Notes: a model not told the origin generated them from the letters alone. DNA of 63,680 bases, filler included, from Octopus bimaculoides (GCF_001194135.2; 3 parts of 3 records of this genome joined end to end with filler, not necessarily neighbours in it); one strand, 5' to 3'. Counted from the first letter of the whole stretch, positions 14,655 to 27,494 are shown. Program-made: numbers and translations.

Positions 14655-14705
14655 CGTGCAGCAGCAGCAGCAGTGACACAAGCAGTAGCAGCAACAACAC
14701 TTGAG

Positions 14706-14745
<40 letters not shown>
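14655..14745. repeat. (GCA)n/(GTA)n microsatellite
   Basis: Read directly. Confidence 0.95.
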
Positions 14746-15782
14746 CTTTTTATTCACAGATTCAGATTCTAAAAATCACCATTTTCGCTTCATCGTGGAA
14801 TTGACGATTATTTCGTAGAGTTTATGATATTTTGAAGACGAGAGCTTTATGTCGAAATCTTTAAAAAAATATCCGTCTCTAAAGATATTTATAAAATATC
14901 TCAAAAAAATATAAAATAAGCATATCTTGTCAAATGTAGCATGTTACTAATATAACGCTAGACTTTAATAGCGTTTTTGTTTTAAGCATGAGAAGTAAGA
15001 AAATTAATCGGTAAAAATTTTCTTGCCAATATCAGGAATATTTATTTGCCATTCCTGCTCAACTTACAACATGTTGATTCACGAAGGAATCTAACATATC
15101 CTATTTTTATGAGAGACTTTGAGAAATCGATTTTTAGAAAGAGAGAGAGAAAAAAAACCCATCAAACTTAGATTGTATTGTTCTTTCTTTCTATTGTATT
15201 CTAAGTATTGAGAGCTTTGGGATTCATTTAATCTAGAAGAGATAAAAGAGGGAAAAAAGTAATGTTATATATCATAATATAATGCTTTGGATTGGAGAAT
15301 AAACGTCTACTAGAGTTTTGGGGATGTTTTTTTTCCCCCTCAAATAATGGTGAAATAGAGTTAAGTTAAATCATGAGATATATGGTAGAAAAATATTCAA
15401 AGATAACAATGAAAGCAATACAAATACGATGATATGTTATTTTCTAATATATATTTTAAGACTTTATCCTGACTGGAAAGCTATCACGTGTGTCTAAAAT
15501 CGACAGCTCTACTAGGAATATATATTTGCAGTGTGCAATTTAGCTTTGGAAATTTATTCCTTGCTCGCATATCTCCATAAAACAAATAAATTGATCATAA
15601 GAGGCATTAGTAATGAGACTGTTAGACATTCATGCGTTTCTCAGACGCGTCACGCAAGTTTTTTTTTTTTTTAAGTGAAATACATTCAACATGTATTTGA
15701 CATTTTACATGTGATATGTCTCGCTGGTACTCGTGTAGTCAAAGCTAACTCGCTCGATTTCATTTATTGAAAGTTTTATAAG

Positions 15783-15943
15783 ATAGGCGCAGGCATCTTA
15801 AGAAGTTTGCTTCTCAATCACATGGTTCCGGGTTCTGTCCCACTGCGTGACACCTTGAGTAAATGTATTTTACTATAGTCTCGGACCGATAAAAGCTTTT
15901 GTGAGTAGATTTGGTGACGGAAACTGAAAGAAGACTGTCGTGT
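15783..15943 (+). mobile_element. SINE-B 5' half
   Basis: 'ataggcgcagg..cacatggttccgggttctgtcccactgcg..gacggaaactgaaagaag'. Confidence 0.85.
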
Positions 15944-15946
15944 ATA

Positions 15947-16320
15947 CGACGGTCGGCTGAAATGTTCATAGGCTGACACAAATACTCTCATAGAATGTGA
16001 CCAAATGAGGTTTATTTTTCAGCATCTTCCATCGATGTTGCAGTGTTTGGATCCAATTGGAGAAGTTTTCATCCTGCTGGGAAAAAGTCATGAGCAGCAG
16101 ATATAACGTCATGTCATCACTGCGATACTAGTTCCCAGCCAAGGGTTTTTTTCATGTTGGGGAACAGATGATAGTCAGATGGGGTCGAATTTGGAGATTA
16201 GGGAAGGTGATCAACTAGTTCAAAGCCACAATCAAGCACATCAGCCATTGAAACCAAGGATATGTGTGCTGGAGCATTGCCCTGATGAAACAAGACACCT
16301 TTCTTCAGTTTTCTTGGGTG
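15947..16320 (-). mobile_element. Mariner transposon 3' part
   Basis: TA|CGACGGTCGGCTGAAATGTTCATAGG terminus; minus translation FHQGNAPAH..CGFELVDH..SP..PSDYHLFPNMKK. Confidence 0.9.
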
Positions 16321-17389
16321 TGACAGCAATTTCATGTGATCGGCCGATTAACTGATCAATCAGCATCGAGATATCTCGTAATGCAATCTTCTTGATCCTT
16401 CTAGAACGTCGCCTATCGAAGCTTATGAATAGACAAGTTTTAACGCCAACTCATTGCAGAGTATCAATGGCGACTGGACGAAATACGCCGCCACTCGTGC
16501 CAGGCACAATTGCGCAGAGACCGGCCGATTCATTTCACAGGTCACATCTCTTGCCACAGATGGTGGGAAATCGCAGCCATGCAAACCACATTCCCACTTT
16601 GCTGCATTTAACAGTCGTTCTAACGATTCCTTATACAACCGTGTAGACGACAGTTAGTTTAACAGCCATGAATTCAACGTGATATCTTCTCGTATCCACA
16701 AAGCCTGCTTAACCAACTATTTTGTAAGAACTACAGAATTGCCCTTCCAGTGTGTAAACCATGTATTTTAAATTCAACAACAACATGGAAAATATTTCAA
16801 GCGGTGAATAAAGTCCTGTAAATTGTTCATGAGCATTGTGCATCTTCATATACAACCAGAATTCAAATCAGTTGCCAGTATCTCATATCTTTCATTCCAT
16901 GACTTACGTGATAATATGCAGCAGTATACAGTCGCGACAACACCGCACCGTCTCAGTAAGGGACAGACACATTGCGTAATGTGCTCCTGGACGTACCGTA
17001 TCCGTATAAAATATATAACATTCACAGCTCGAATACCTTTGATTATAGGCCCGCTCAGCTATGATCGACATTGTGTTAAATACAACAACAACAACAACAC
17101 TACGTTAACAGCTACAATAACAACGACTACAACAACGACTACAGCTCAGATCTGTGTACATCAATTCATTATTTGGTGCAGTATTTTTTTTTTATTTATT
17201 TTTTTTTTAGTCAAAGTTACATCAATATCTTGGAGGGACGATATCAAATGGGAAAGAAAGAAAATTTATTAGAGAAAACTGTTCCCCGTTGTTGTTGAAG
17301 TCATTAATATCGGTTAATAATGTGTTTATTTGGACGTTAAGGTAATAAATCTGTCTTCACTGCTGAAGTTTGGATGTTTAGCATCATAG

Positions 17390-17549
17390 CAGTATTAGCT
17401 GTGGTAGTAGTAATAGTAATATTAAGTGTAGTAGTAGTAGTTGTATTAGTAGTAGTAGTGGTGGTGGTGGTGATGGTAGTAATAGAAGCATTAATGGCGG
17501 ACGTGACGGTGGTGGCTGCAGCATTGAGGATAATTAATGCTGGTGATAC

Positions 17550-17585
<36 letters not shown>

Positions 17586-17590
17586 CTCCA
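17390..17590. repeat. (GTA/GTG)n and (ACT)n trinucleotide tracts
   Basis: Read directly. Confidence 0.9.
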
Positions 17591-17609
17591 ACGAGGGAGA
17601 TCAGGTTTA

Positions 17610-18138
17610 GGCTTAATTGAGACGACTATGTAAAGCCGCTGGAGACTGGCCAATCCCTGGCTGGAGAGGGTTGCTACTGGAAGGTCGTATGTGTGTGGCA
17701 GCAGGATTCTGCTCCTTGTCACGGCGCTCCGGAAAGAGTCAGAAATGGTAGTCGTAGAATCTCCTCAATTTCAACATCCCCAGTTTCTGGTATCCTAATT
17801 CCACTCATTTTAATTCCATGGATTACAATGTGTGGTGTGCGGTTGAGAAAGACATAAACCGCTTTACCTGCAATATCACAGTCGAGTTGATGGTCAAGAC
17901 CCAGGAGGTGCTTAAAGATCTTCTCGGGTACACAGTGAGGAGCGCATGCGCCCGGTTCCGAAGCCGTTTTGTGGCCATGATAGAAGCTGAGGGTTGTTGC
18001 TTTTAGCAAAATGTTATCTCCTAGCCATAATCTAATTGATATTAAAAATCAAAAAGTTTAAATACTTTTATTTTTAGATAGAATATTTTGTTTCCTTTCC
18101 TTTTCATGCAAACTGTCAAATTTAGTCCGGACACCCTG
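17610..18138 (+). mobile_element. maT-family (DD37D) Tc1/mariner transposon 3' half
   Basis: WQQDSAPCH...WYPNSTHFNSMDYNVW with 37 codons between the two Asp after removing a 2-nt frameshift; terminus GGACACCCTG|TA. Confidence 0.85.
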
Positions 18139-18477
18139 TACATCTTCACATAACCCGGAACCTCTGCGCAACATACTTTTGTATGAATATATAAACTCTG
18201 ACGGCAAATAAAAATGATGAGATTAATATTACTGTTATTATTTGCCGCGAACTTTTATTTCTTCGTGAAATGTTCGCGACATTACGCATTTAAAGAACGA
18301 AGAAGAAAAAGAACGAGGTGGGCCAAAAGTCACAGACAAAATAAATTCAATAATAGACTCCGGAATTGTCAAAAACATGCTTCAATTTTTCTAAAACTGG
18401 ATAAAATAAATAAAATTAGGATGAATACACATTCTTTTGCATGATTAACAAAATGAATAATAACGACTTGAAAGTTT

Positions 18478-18785
18478 TTGGCACAGTACCAGCAATTTCT
18501 GAGAGGGGGTAAGTCGATTAACATTGACCCCAATGCTCAACTGGCATTTATTTTATCGTCCTCGGAAGGATGAAAGTCAAAGTCGACACCGACGGAATTT
18601 GATCTCAGAATTTAATGACAGCATTTGGTCCATCTTTAAGTTCAGAGTTTAAATTCCTCCAACATCGACTTTGCCTTTCATCCTTTCAGGATCGATAAAA
18701 TAAAGTACTAGTTGATCGCTGGGGTCGATGTAATCGATTTACCCAACTCCTAAAAATGCTGGCCTTGTGACAAAATATGAAGCCA
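18478..18785. mobile_element. Two 5'-truncated SINE-A copies, head to head
   Basis: Minus copy 18478-18615 and plus copy 18640-18785 cover the same part of the consensus. Confidence 0.85.
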
Positions 18786-19859
18786 ATAGTATCCCATGTC
18801 GTCCGAAGCTCGAAAAATGTTGCTTATATCTCGCCGATTTTCTACTTACATTTTTCGTTTTTATCTTTTGTTCTACCACTTTTGAAAAGACTAAATATTT
18901 GTATAATCGTAGCAGAGACGACTTTGTTCAGTGAGGTGGTTTTTTTCTCCTCAAACTGTACTGAATTGCATTTCAGAGAGAAATCTTTTTAGCTAACCAG
19001 ATTAGTAGAAGATATATTTATATTTCGGGTGGATAAAAGCGAAGTATACATTATTTCATTTTAACTCTTCTGAAAAAAGCAATAATAAAATAAACACTAG
19101 CTCATTGTGACGAAGAGAAGAAGCTTTCAGAATACAGTTTTGGATGTGATTCGTTTATAAATCTGTAACAGAAATATTATTTAGTGTGATAATGTTAGAG
19201 CTAAATAACAACGGTTGGTCACTGGGAGTTTGTCTAAAGAAATCTTATAATTGAGTTTTTCTCTATTTGGCATATGGTGTTGTATGCAAAATACGAATGC
19301 CTATAGCAAACATTCGAAAAATCAGAAAGATGTTCACAAGAATCTTGCTATAAATACTGAAACACAGACGTCACTCTCAATATTAAACACCTGATTCGTG
19401 TTTTGGAATTGATAATTTTTGACTGATACTTGACACACCCGCGCTCCTGTCTCAATTTCAGCTGTTTTCGATACTGTTACTCTTGGTAAAGGTAGGGACG
19501 TCTTTACTGTTTACTTCCTAGCCCCTGTGAATATAAAAAGCCCGTGGATTTTCACAAGCATCATAGAAATGTGCGTAAATTCACTGAAAAGAACTTTAAT
19601 TGCGATTTACGATTCGGATTTGTATTCTCAAATGAGTCATCTTCACTTCACTTACGAAAATGGTGCTGCTGGAGAGATGTACCACCATCGCAACATAACA
19701 TCTCGTTGGTTCTAAAAACCACATGGTTTGTACGTCTTTTCAATTAAATCTTAATAACCGTGATGGAATAAGAACGTAAATATAAGAATACATGGTAACG
19801 TTAAAACAGTAAGCAACTATGAAGCTGTTGCGACACCACGACAACCATCCGTCCATTCA

Positions 19860-20200
19860 TTCGTCCATCAATCCCTCCCTCCATCCATCCATCCATCCAT
19901 CCATCCATCCATCCATCCATCATCCAATTATCCGTCTATCCATTTTCTTTGCCCGCTGTTCCTGGGAAAGTTGTAGGGGTAATTTCTTTAAGCACTTCCT
20001 CCATTGTAGTCTATCAGAAGCAACCATCTTTACACTTTATGGTTTGAATCCCAAGCGTACCGAAATAAGACAATGGATATCATCCAACCATCTCGTTCTC
20101 GATCTACTCGTAGGGTTCTTGCTGGGTGGCTAGGCTTGAAAGATCTGCCTCGCAACTCTTTCAGCGACTTTCTAATCACGCGACAACTCTGTCAGTTCAT
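19860..20200 (-). mobile_element. RTE-clade (Rex3/Expander-like) LINE 3' end with (GATG)n tail
   Basis: Minus translation SRSRTRWLDDIH..RLGI..VASDRLQWRKCLKKLP..; (CATC)n at 19860-19925. Confidence 0.8.
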
Positions 20201-20989
20201 TATGAAATACACACAAGCTCACATAAATAGGCTCTGCAGCATGAAGATATATAAAATAAAAAGGCTATGAGCTAAACGAAATTGACCAACAATCGATCCG
20301 TTTTAATTCTAAGGTAAGACACCTGTTGATAAAGGACAGATTAAACTTGACTTTTCAAGTTATGCATATAATGCTACCCTTCATTTTACACCCTGTAGTG
20401 TGTATTTAGATTTATATAAACTTGGAAATGGACAGAGAGTGATACCAAAGTACGAATTGATGATTCTCCTGACGAGTTTAATTAATTGTAAGCTTATCGT
20501 TGTTCGATACTTTTTAGTTGCCCCACAACTAACTTTTGGAAAACAGTTTATAGCAGAGACTCCATCTAAGAATATCTGAAGAAGGAATTGTATTCCGAAA
20601 TATCATCGGATTATAGATAACTAAATTACAACAGGTGTATAATCCATTTTTTGTATTATAGTGCATTGTTGTACCATTCAAAACTTTTTATTCTTTACAA
20701 ACAATACACAATGCTTCAAGCGAATTATAATACTCTCCTATCTTATTTTTATGTTTGTCAAGAGTGGAGGAAGAATGTACATGAACTTTGCAAATTCTTC
20801 CGAGGCTGGAGAAATTGTCTACAAAAAAAAAAAAAAAGGAATAAAGATGGATGACAGGAAACCAGGTGTCTTGTGTTAAAGCTTGCAACGAAATGAAGTC
20901 TCCTAAATATACCAAAGAACCAGCAGATAAACTACGGGCTATCACTTATGATTGACATAATTTATGTTGTGTCCTATCAAGGCAAAACA

Positions 20990-21110
20990 TTTTGGGGGGA
21001 GAAGTTAGTTTAACATAACACTTCCAGCACTTGACTGTTACGTTATTTTATCGTCAGCGAAAGGATGAAAGGCAAAGTTAAACCCAGCGGAATTTGAACT
21101 CAGAATGATT
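20990..21110 (-). mobile_element. SINE-A fragment
   Basis: 'aaggatgaaaggcaaagttaaacccagcggaatttgaactcagaa'. Confidence 0.8.
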
Positions 21111-22252
21111 TATATCGACAAAACAATCGTCGTAAGTATATAGAGATATTCAGGATGATAGATCGATATATTTTACTGTTACTTTGTTCGTCGTTATTTG
21201 AAGAAACTGAAAATACAGAAATTCCCAGTGGAATTTTAAGTCAGAAATGTGAGAAGTCTAAATAAATACGCATTCAGTGGCATACACTGCTGCTATACTA
21301 TATATTGGATATGTTTTGGCATAGAAAACATAAATACAGTAAAATTTCGAATTTGGACATTTTTTTTTAATAAAAGTATGTCTAAGATATTTTTTAATAA
21401 AAATACCTCTAAAATATCCGAAATAAATATATGCTAAACACTTCAAAAGCACTATGTATATATATGTGTATATATATATATATATATNNNNNNNNNNNNN
21501 NNNNNNNNNNNNNNNNNNNNNNNNNNNNNNNNNNNNNNNNNNNNNNNNNNNNNNNNNNNNNNNNNNNNNNNNNNNNNNNNNNNNNNNNNNNNNNNNNNNN
21601 NNNNNNNNNNNNNNNNNNNNNNNNNNNNNNNNNNNNNNNNNNNNNNNNNNNNNNNNNNNNNNNNNNNNNNNNNNNNNNNNNNNNNNNNNNNNNNNNNNNA
21701 GCAGATGCTGAAAAAAAAAAATTACTTTAAATTATTTCAGAGTCGTTCGGAGATCCTGAAGCATTCATATTTCAGCATCGTCAAGAGATAGCGAAAAACT
21801 AATTGGATTTCAGGTTTTGAAGAATTCTCCAGAAATGGCTGAGATGCCTGCTTTTCATCAAGAATTGTTTTTTCAACTCATATTGTAAGGTCCCACTCCA
21901 TTTAAAGACAATTCAATTATTGTAAAGAAGTGACTGGTGAAAATCAATCATAAACGAAAAACAACCCGTTTATTTTGTCAGTGATAGAAGACAGCACATT
22001 TTATTTCAAACTTGGCTTTGCTTTCTTATCACCGTCACCACTACAACTACCGGCGCCATCATTGCCGAAGGCATCGCTTTGCTCTGCTAGAATCAACATC
22101 GCTACCTTCCCTACCACCTCCATCACTATTTCTAATATCATCATCTCAACAGCGCCTCCTCAGGCGCTAACAAATTTTTCCTAGACGTAATTCGATTGAG
22201 GAGTTGAGCAATGAATAAATTTCACACATACACACACACGCAGACACACACA

Positions 22253-22300
<48 letters not shown>

Positions 22301-22309
<9 letters not shown>

Positions 22310-22766
22310 TTCGTTTCTTTTCTTTTTATCACGATGAAGAGCTGCAGTATGTTAGATATGTCTAATGTGAGCAAAAGCCCCGTGTCTTGGGTTCGATAAA
22401 CGTTCACATTTAGTTCAATATCACCAACTCTGTTGAAAGCGACAGTAATTTCGTAACTCTCATTTCAGAAACCTCCGAAAGCAATGAAGTCTTCCCCCAG
22501 AAACATTGAAACACCGGTGACATTTCAACAACAGATTTGCCATTCTGTTTTCTTGGTTGGCACCAAAATCGTTCTTGACATTGCATAATAAATTAGAAGA
22601 CAAGATATGAGAGTTACGAAATTTCTGTCGCTTGCAACAGAGTGAAATTGGAGGAAATGCGAATTTTTATTGAACCCAAGGCACGGGGCTTTTTCACACA
22701 TTAATCTTATATCTAGCATACTGTAGCCCTTCATCGCGATAAGAAAAAAGGAAAAAACATATATAC
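22301..22766. mobile_element. Foldback/long-TIR non-autonomous DNA element
   Basis: 22301-22463 is an imperfect reverse complement of 22607-22766; 143-nt spacer; TA-rich flanks. Confidence 0.8.
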
Positions 22767-23026
22767 GTATATGTAAAATTTATTCATTGCGCAACTCCAC
22801 AATCGAATTACGTCTAGGGAAAATTTGCTATCGCCTGAGGAGGCGCTGTGGAAATGATATTAGAAATAGTAATGAAGATGGTACAGCGAGGCGAGGGCTA
22901 CACTCATATCAACTCCGACCAAGTTTGCATTAAAATCGACTCTTACTCTAAGCACGTCCCAACAATGTTTCTCCCCTCGATTTAACCATTGTCTTATTGA
23001 TAAGACATGTTGTTTTGAGCCTTGTT

Positions 23027-23250
23027 GTTGGCACTCCGTCGGTTATGACAACGAGGTTTCCAGTTGATCTGATCAACGGAACAGCCTGCTCGTGAAATTA
23101 ACGTGCAAGTGGCTGAGCACTCCACAGACACGTGTACCCCTTAACGTAGTTCTCGGGGATATTCAGCATGACACAATGTGACAAGGCTGGCCCTTTGAAT
23201 TACAGGTACAACAGAAACAGGAAGAAAGAGTGAGAGAAAGTTGTGGTGAA
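23027..23250 (-). mobile_element. SINE family C, 3' part
   Basis: Near-identical to 27110-27345. Confidence 0.9.
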
Positions 23251-23254
23251 AGAG

Positions 23255-23335
23255 TACAGCATTGACAGACGAAATACCGCTAAGCGTTTCGCCCTGCGTG
23301 CTAACGTTTCTGCCCGCTCGCCGCCCTTCACCGCC
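23255..23335 (-). mobile_element. SINE-A head fragment
   Basis: 'gacgaaataccgctaagcgtttcgccctgcgtgctaacgtttctgcccgctcgccgccc'. Confidence 0.85.
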
Positions 23336-23986
23336 TTTATATTAATACTAATAACTAGAACAAGAAAAGTAGTATAACAACAACAACAACAACAAACAAC
23401 AACAACNNNNNNNNNNNNNNNNNNNNNNNNNNNNNNNNNNNNNNNNNNNNNNNNNNNNNNNNNNNNNNNNNNNNNNNNNNNNNNNNNNNNNNNNNNNNNN
23501 NNNNNNNNNNNNNNNNNNNNNNNNNNNNNNNNNNNNNNNNNNNNNNNNNNNNNNNNNNNNNNNNNNNNNNNNNNNNNNNNNNNNNNNNNNNNNNNNNNNN
23601 NNNNNNNNNNNNNNNNNNNNNNNNNNNNNNNNNNNNNNNNNNNNNNNNNNNNNNNNNNNNNNNNNNNNNNNNNNNNNNNNNNNNNNNNNNNNNNNNNNNN
23701 NNNNNNNNNNNNNNNNNNNNNNNNNNNNNNNNNNNNNNNNNNNNNNNNNNNNNNNNNNNNNNNNNNNNNNNNNNNNNNNNNNNNNNNNNNNNNNNNNNNN
23801 NNNNNNNNNNNNNNNNNNNNNNNNNNNNNNNNNNNNNNNNNNNNNNNNNNNNNNNNNNNNNNNNNNNNNNNNNNNNNNNNNNNNNNNNNNNNNNNNNNNN
23901 NNNNNNNNNNNNNNCAGGCTAAATAAGTTTGTTGTTACTAATAAAGTTTTTAGATTATTTCCAAGATGGTTGACTTTGATTTTTCA

Positions 23987-24568
23987 CTAGCGGGTCTCGT
24001 GAATACTTCACGGAATTAATGGTAAACCTGAAAGCGTAGCTTGTGTTGTGTCTATCAAAAGATAGTCACTCATCTGCTAATCATTGAAAAATGAAGGAAA
24101 TTGGAATACGATGGTTATTTCATGCAATTTAGATATACTCTTTATATACTTTATGCACAATTTTATAGACTTAATATACAACACTCTCCCTCTTTCTCTC
24201 TCGCTCTTCACCTTATCCTCTTTTTCTCTATTCTTTTTCTTTCGCTCTTCGCCTTTCCCTTCAACTAATCACATGAAAGCGTTACAGACGGGTTAAGTAA
24301 CGGAGAGTAAGAAAACTTTGTTAAAAGCAAAAATTACACATTTCACTCACCACCACCTCTCCCCTCCCCTTCCCTCCCCTATCTTCTCCCTTCCCATCTC
24401 TCTCCTCTCCTCCCTTCCCCTTCAGACCCCCATCCTCCCGTCCCTCTCCCATCCCCTCTCCACCCTCACCGTCCTCCCACACCTCTCCCGTCCCTCACCC
24501 TCAACTAATCACGCGGAAGCGTTACGGACGGGCTAAGTAACGGAGAAACAGGTAGAATTATTATAAGA
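23987..24568 (-). mobile_element. Complete non-autonomous Helitron
   Basis: On the minus strand: host A|TC 5' end at 24568, hairpin CGTGAA-GTA-TTCACG at 23998-24012, 3' CTAG at 23987-23990 followed by host T; no TSD. Confidence 0.85.
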
Positions 24569-24769
24569 TACTTCTGTGTTCTGCCTAATTCGATGGCAAT
24601 CGAAATATTCATCAGAAGGAAACTAGTTCGAGTGTTAATAAAATTGTAAATTTATTCTTTCTGTGCGGCTCGGTACTTCTCTGTGGCCCGATGGTTGGGG
24701 GGACGTCTCTTTTAAATGATTTGAAGTATGGAAGTAGATCGAAGTCATAATACATAACTTTATCATTGT

Positions 24770-25035
24770 GTATCAAGTTCTATTGTTACGCATTCAAAAC
24801 AACTTAAGTAAGGAAAGAAACTAAAGATATAATTGAAATCTTGAACGAAACATCTTTAACGAAACAAATCAATCCATTGTTCCACTGTCAAAATCATTAT
24901 CTATGGAAAGAAATCTATGACACAATCGAGATCTTTAACCTAACGAATTAAATTCTATTGTTACGCTGTCAAAACCCTTAAGAATGGGAGGGAATCGATG
25001 ACATAATAGAAAATTTTAACATACTGAAACAATGT
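24770..25035. repeat. Decayed tandem repeat, about 3 units of 80-95 bp
   Basis: Recurring 'ctattgttacgc..tcaaaac..ttaag..ggaaagaaa..atgaca.aat.ga.atctttaac'. Confidence 0.65.
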
Positions 25036-25400
25036 CATGACGATCTATAAATTTAACCATCAAAATCAAAATAAAACATTTATAAAAACGTAGAATTACC
25101 ACAGGTTCCTCTACTTATTGTTATTATTCGTAGCAGTAGCAGTTAAAGATAATAGCAGTAGTAGTAATAATAGTTACGCGTTTAAAGCTATCGGAGGCAA
25201 AAAATAATTTACCATATCTATCCGAAGCAATCGCTGAAAGATGATTTGCATAAAATTTGCATATGTGAACAGTTTTATATCAAATGAATCATCTCTGCGA
25301 TATATATATATATCAGCGTTCTTGAAAATTATACGCAATCATTTCCTTCCCAGCATGCCTCAAAGTATGACATCATAACGATCGTCTGCATCCAGCGGAT

Positions 25401-25457
<57 letters not shown>

Positions 25458-27109
25458 TTACCTAATGTTAATGTACGTTTAACTGTGTAGGATTCTGCAT
25501 ATGTGTTCTGTTCTTACGACGTATGATGCCTGTTATAATCCGAGTGTGTGCTTGCTTGTGCGTTTTCTTTTTACTCGTTTTCTGTGCGTCTGAATGTATG
25601 CTTATTTGCATGATTAAGAAAGACGCGTTTGTTTATAAATGTAAATATGTATAAGCTTGTTTTACACACACATACACATATATCACATTTATATATAAAT
25701 ATCTTTGTATATATACATAACCGCATGTACATGCGATTTTACTTATTATTATTTAGCTAACCTGAGTAAGAGAAATAGCTCTCAGAAATTCGGAAGCCTT
25801 TTCAAGTTGGCAAGGTTGATCTGGTTCATAGTAAGTTGGAAAAGCGGCAGGTCGACACCAGACGGAAAACTGCGATTTCGGAGTAAGTTGCAGTGGATTA
25901 TATATTGTGATTGTTAGCGGTTTAGTGGATGAGGTACCAAAAGGAGAATGACTAAAAAATGTCGCAAATATATTGGAAGTTAAGAGGGTAGAGGTACACA
26001 GCTTGCTTAATAATAGTGGTAGTAGAAAGAGGAAGAAGAAACAATATTTTCAGTATTCTGTGACTTGAAGATAAAATCTGGCCTTTGGTTGCACATTTGG
26101 TAATATTAAATGTGTGAGTTCACCATTAAAGAAAGAGCTTGAAGTTGATTATTTCAGAGAAATGTGAGGTAACGCAGATGTTCTCAATGTTGGATGAGAC
26201 TTAGTTGAACAAATGTTGGTGTTTACGGTGATGGAGGAAGCAGAAGATTTTGAAAGAATGGAAATAGATACTTTAAGTCTGAGCAACGGGAAGGCTTTGT
26301 TGCTAATGTTCAGATATTTTTGGATTCTATGTAAATAAAGATATAAACTTTCAAGAAGTCTTTGACATATAAAATATAGGCTGTTAAGCAGAGACGTATG
26401 TTTGTGAATGTCTGTGAAATTCTGCATCTTTGTGTCTGTCTGAGACAGTACATTTCATAATTGAATGTTCTTAACGGCATACATATATATTTCCTTTTTA
26501 TCCTTATTTTGGTTATAAATACATCATTTCCAAATACCCATTCACGCACATACATAATAAACACATAGACAGTAGGGATATAAGAAATACCAAAAAATAA
26601 ATAAATAAATAAAAATAACGCAAATATAAGATAAATTGAATTATATGAAATAAGTAATCAATACAACATTGTGAAATTGCACATAACCTGACTACAGGCA
26701 GCATTTCTCTATTTTAAATCCACATTTCCTACTAACTTTCAAGCTTGTTTTGCTCGCTATTCTGTCCTGTCTTCTTAAATATTCGTATTGCGCCATCTTG
26801 TTCCATTAAACAATTACATGATTGACACAAGCGTCTGTTCTGTCGTATATCCCACACTTACCATATTACTGTCTTTTGTCTACTCGTGCATTAATAAAGG
26901 TGACAGAAGATATACATCCAGGAGTTATGAGCCGGATGCGACGTGGATCCCGTCGAGTGCAAGGAATTAAAAAAATGAAAGACTTGCTGAAGATAGAGGT
27001 GGCTTACGATCCTGGAAAGAATGGCAAATCCATCGGTGTTATGTGCCTGTGCAGAGGGAACTTCTCTAACGCATGAATATCCCTAAAGCATGAATATCTT
27101 CAAGACAAT

Positions 27110-27494
27110 TGGTTGGCACTCCGTCGTTTACGACGACGAGGGTTCCAGTTGATCCGATCAACGGAACAGCCTGCTCGTGAAATTAACGTGCAAGTGGCTG
27201 AGCACTCCACAGACACGTGTACCCTTAACATAGTTCTCGGGGGGAGATTCAGCGTGACACAGAGTGTGACAAGGCCGGCCCTTTGAAATACAGGTACAAC
27301 AGAAACAGGAAGATAGAGTGAGAGAAAGTTGTGGTGAAAGAATACAGCAGGGTTTGCCACCACCCTCTGCCGGAGCCTCGTGGAGCTTTAGGTGTTTTCG
27401 CTCAATAAACACTCACAACGCCCAGTCTGGGAATCGAAACCATGATCCTACGACTGCGAGTCCGCTGCCCTAACCACTGGGCCATTGCACCTCC
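27110..27494 (-). mobile_element. SINE family C (tRNA-derived), full length
   Basis: Reverse-complement head 'ggaggtgcaatggcccagtggttagggcagcggactcgcagtc..ggtttcgattcccagactgg'. Confidence 0.92.

Noticed and set aside
16330-17000. Possible very old Tc1 ORF on the minus strand
   Set aside because: Only vague motif echoes (VCMAAIS) across several frames; insufficient to call.
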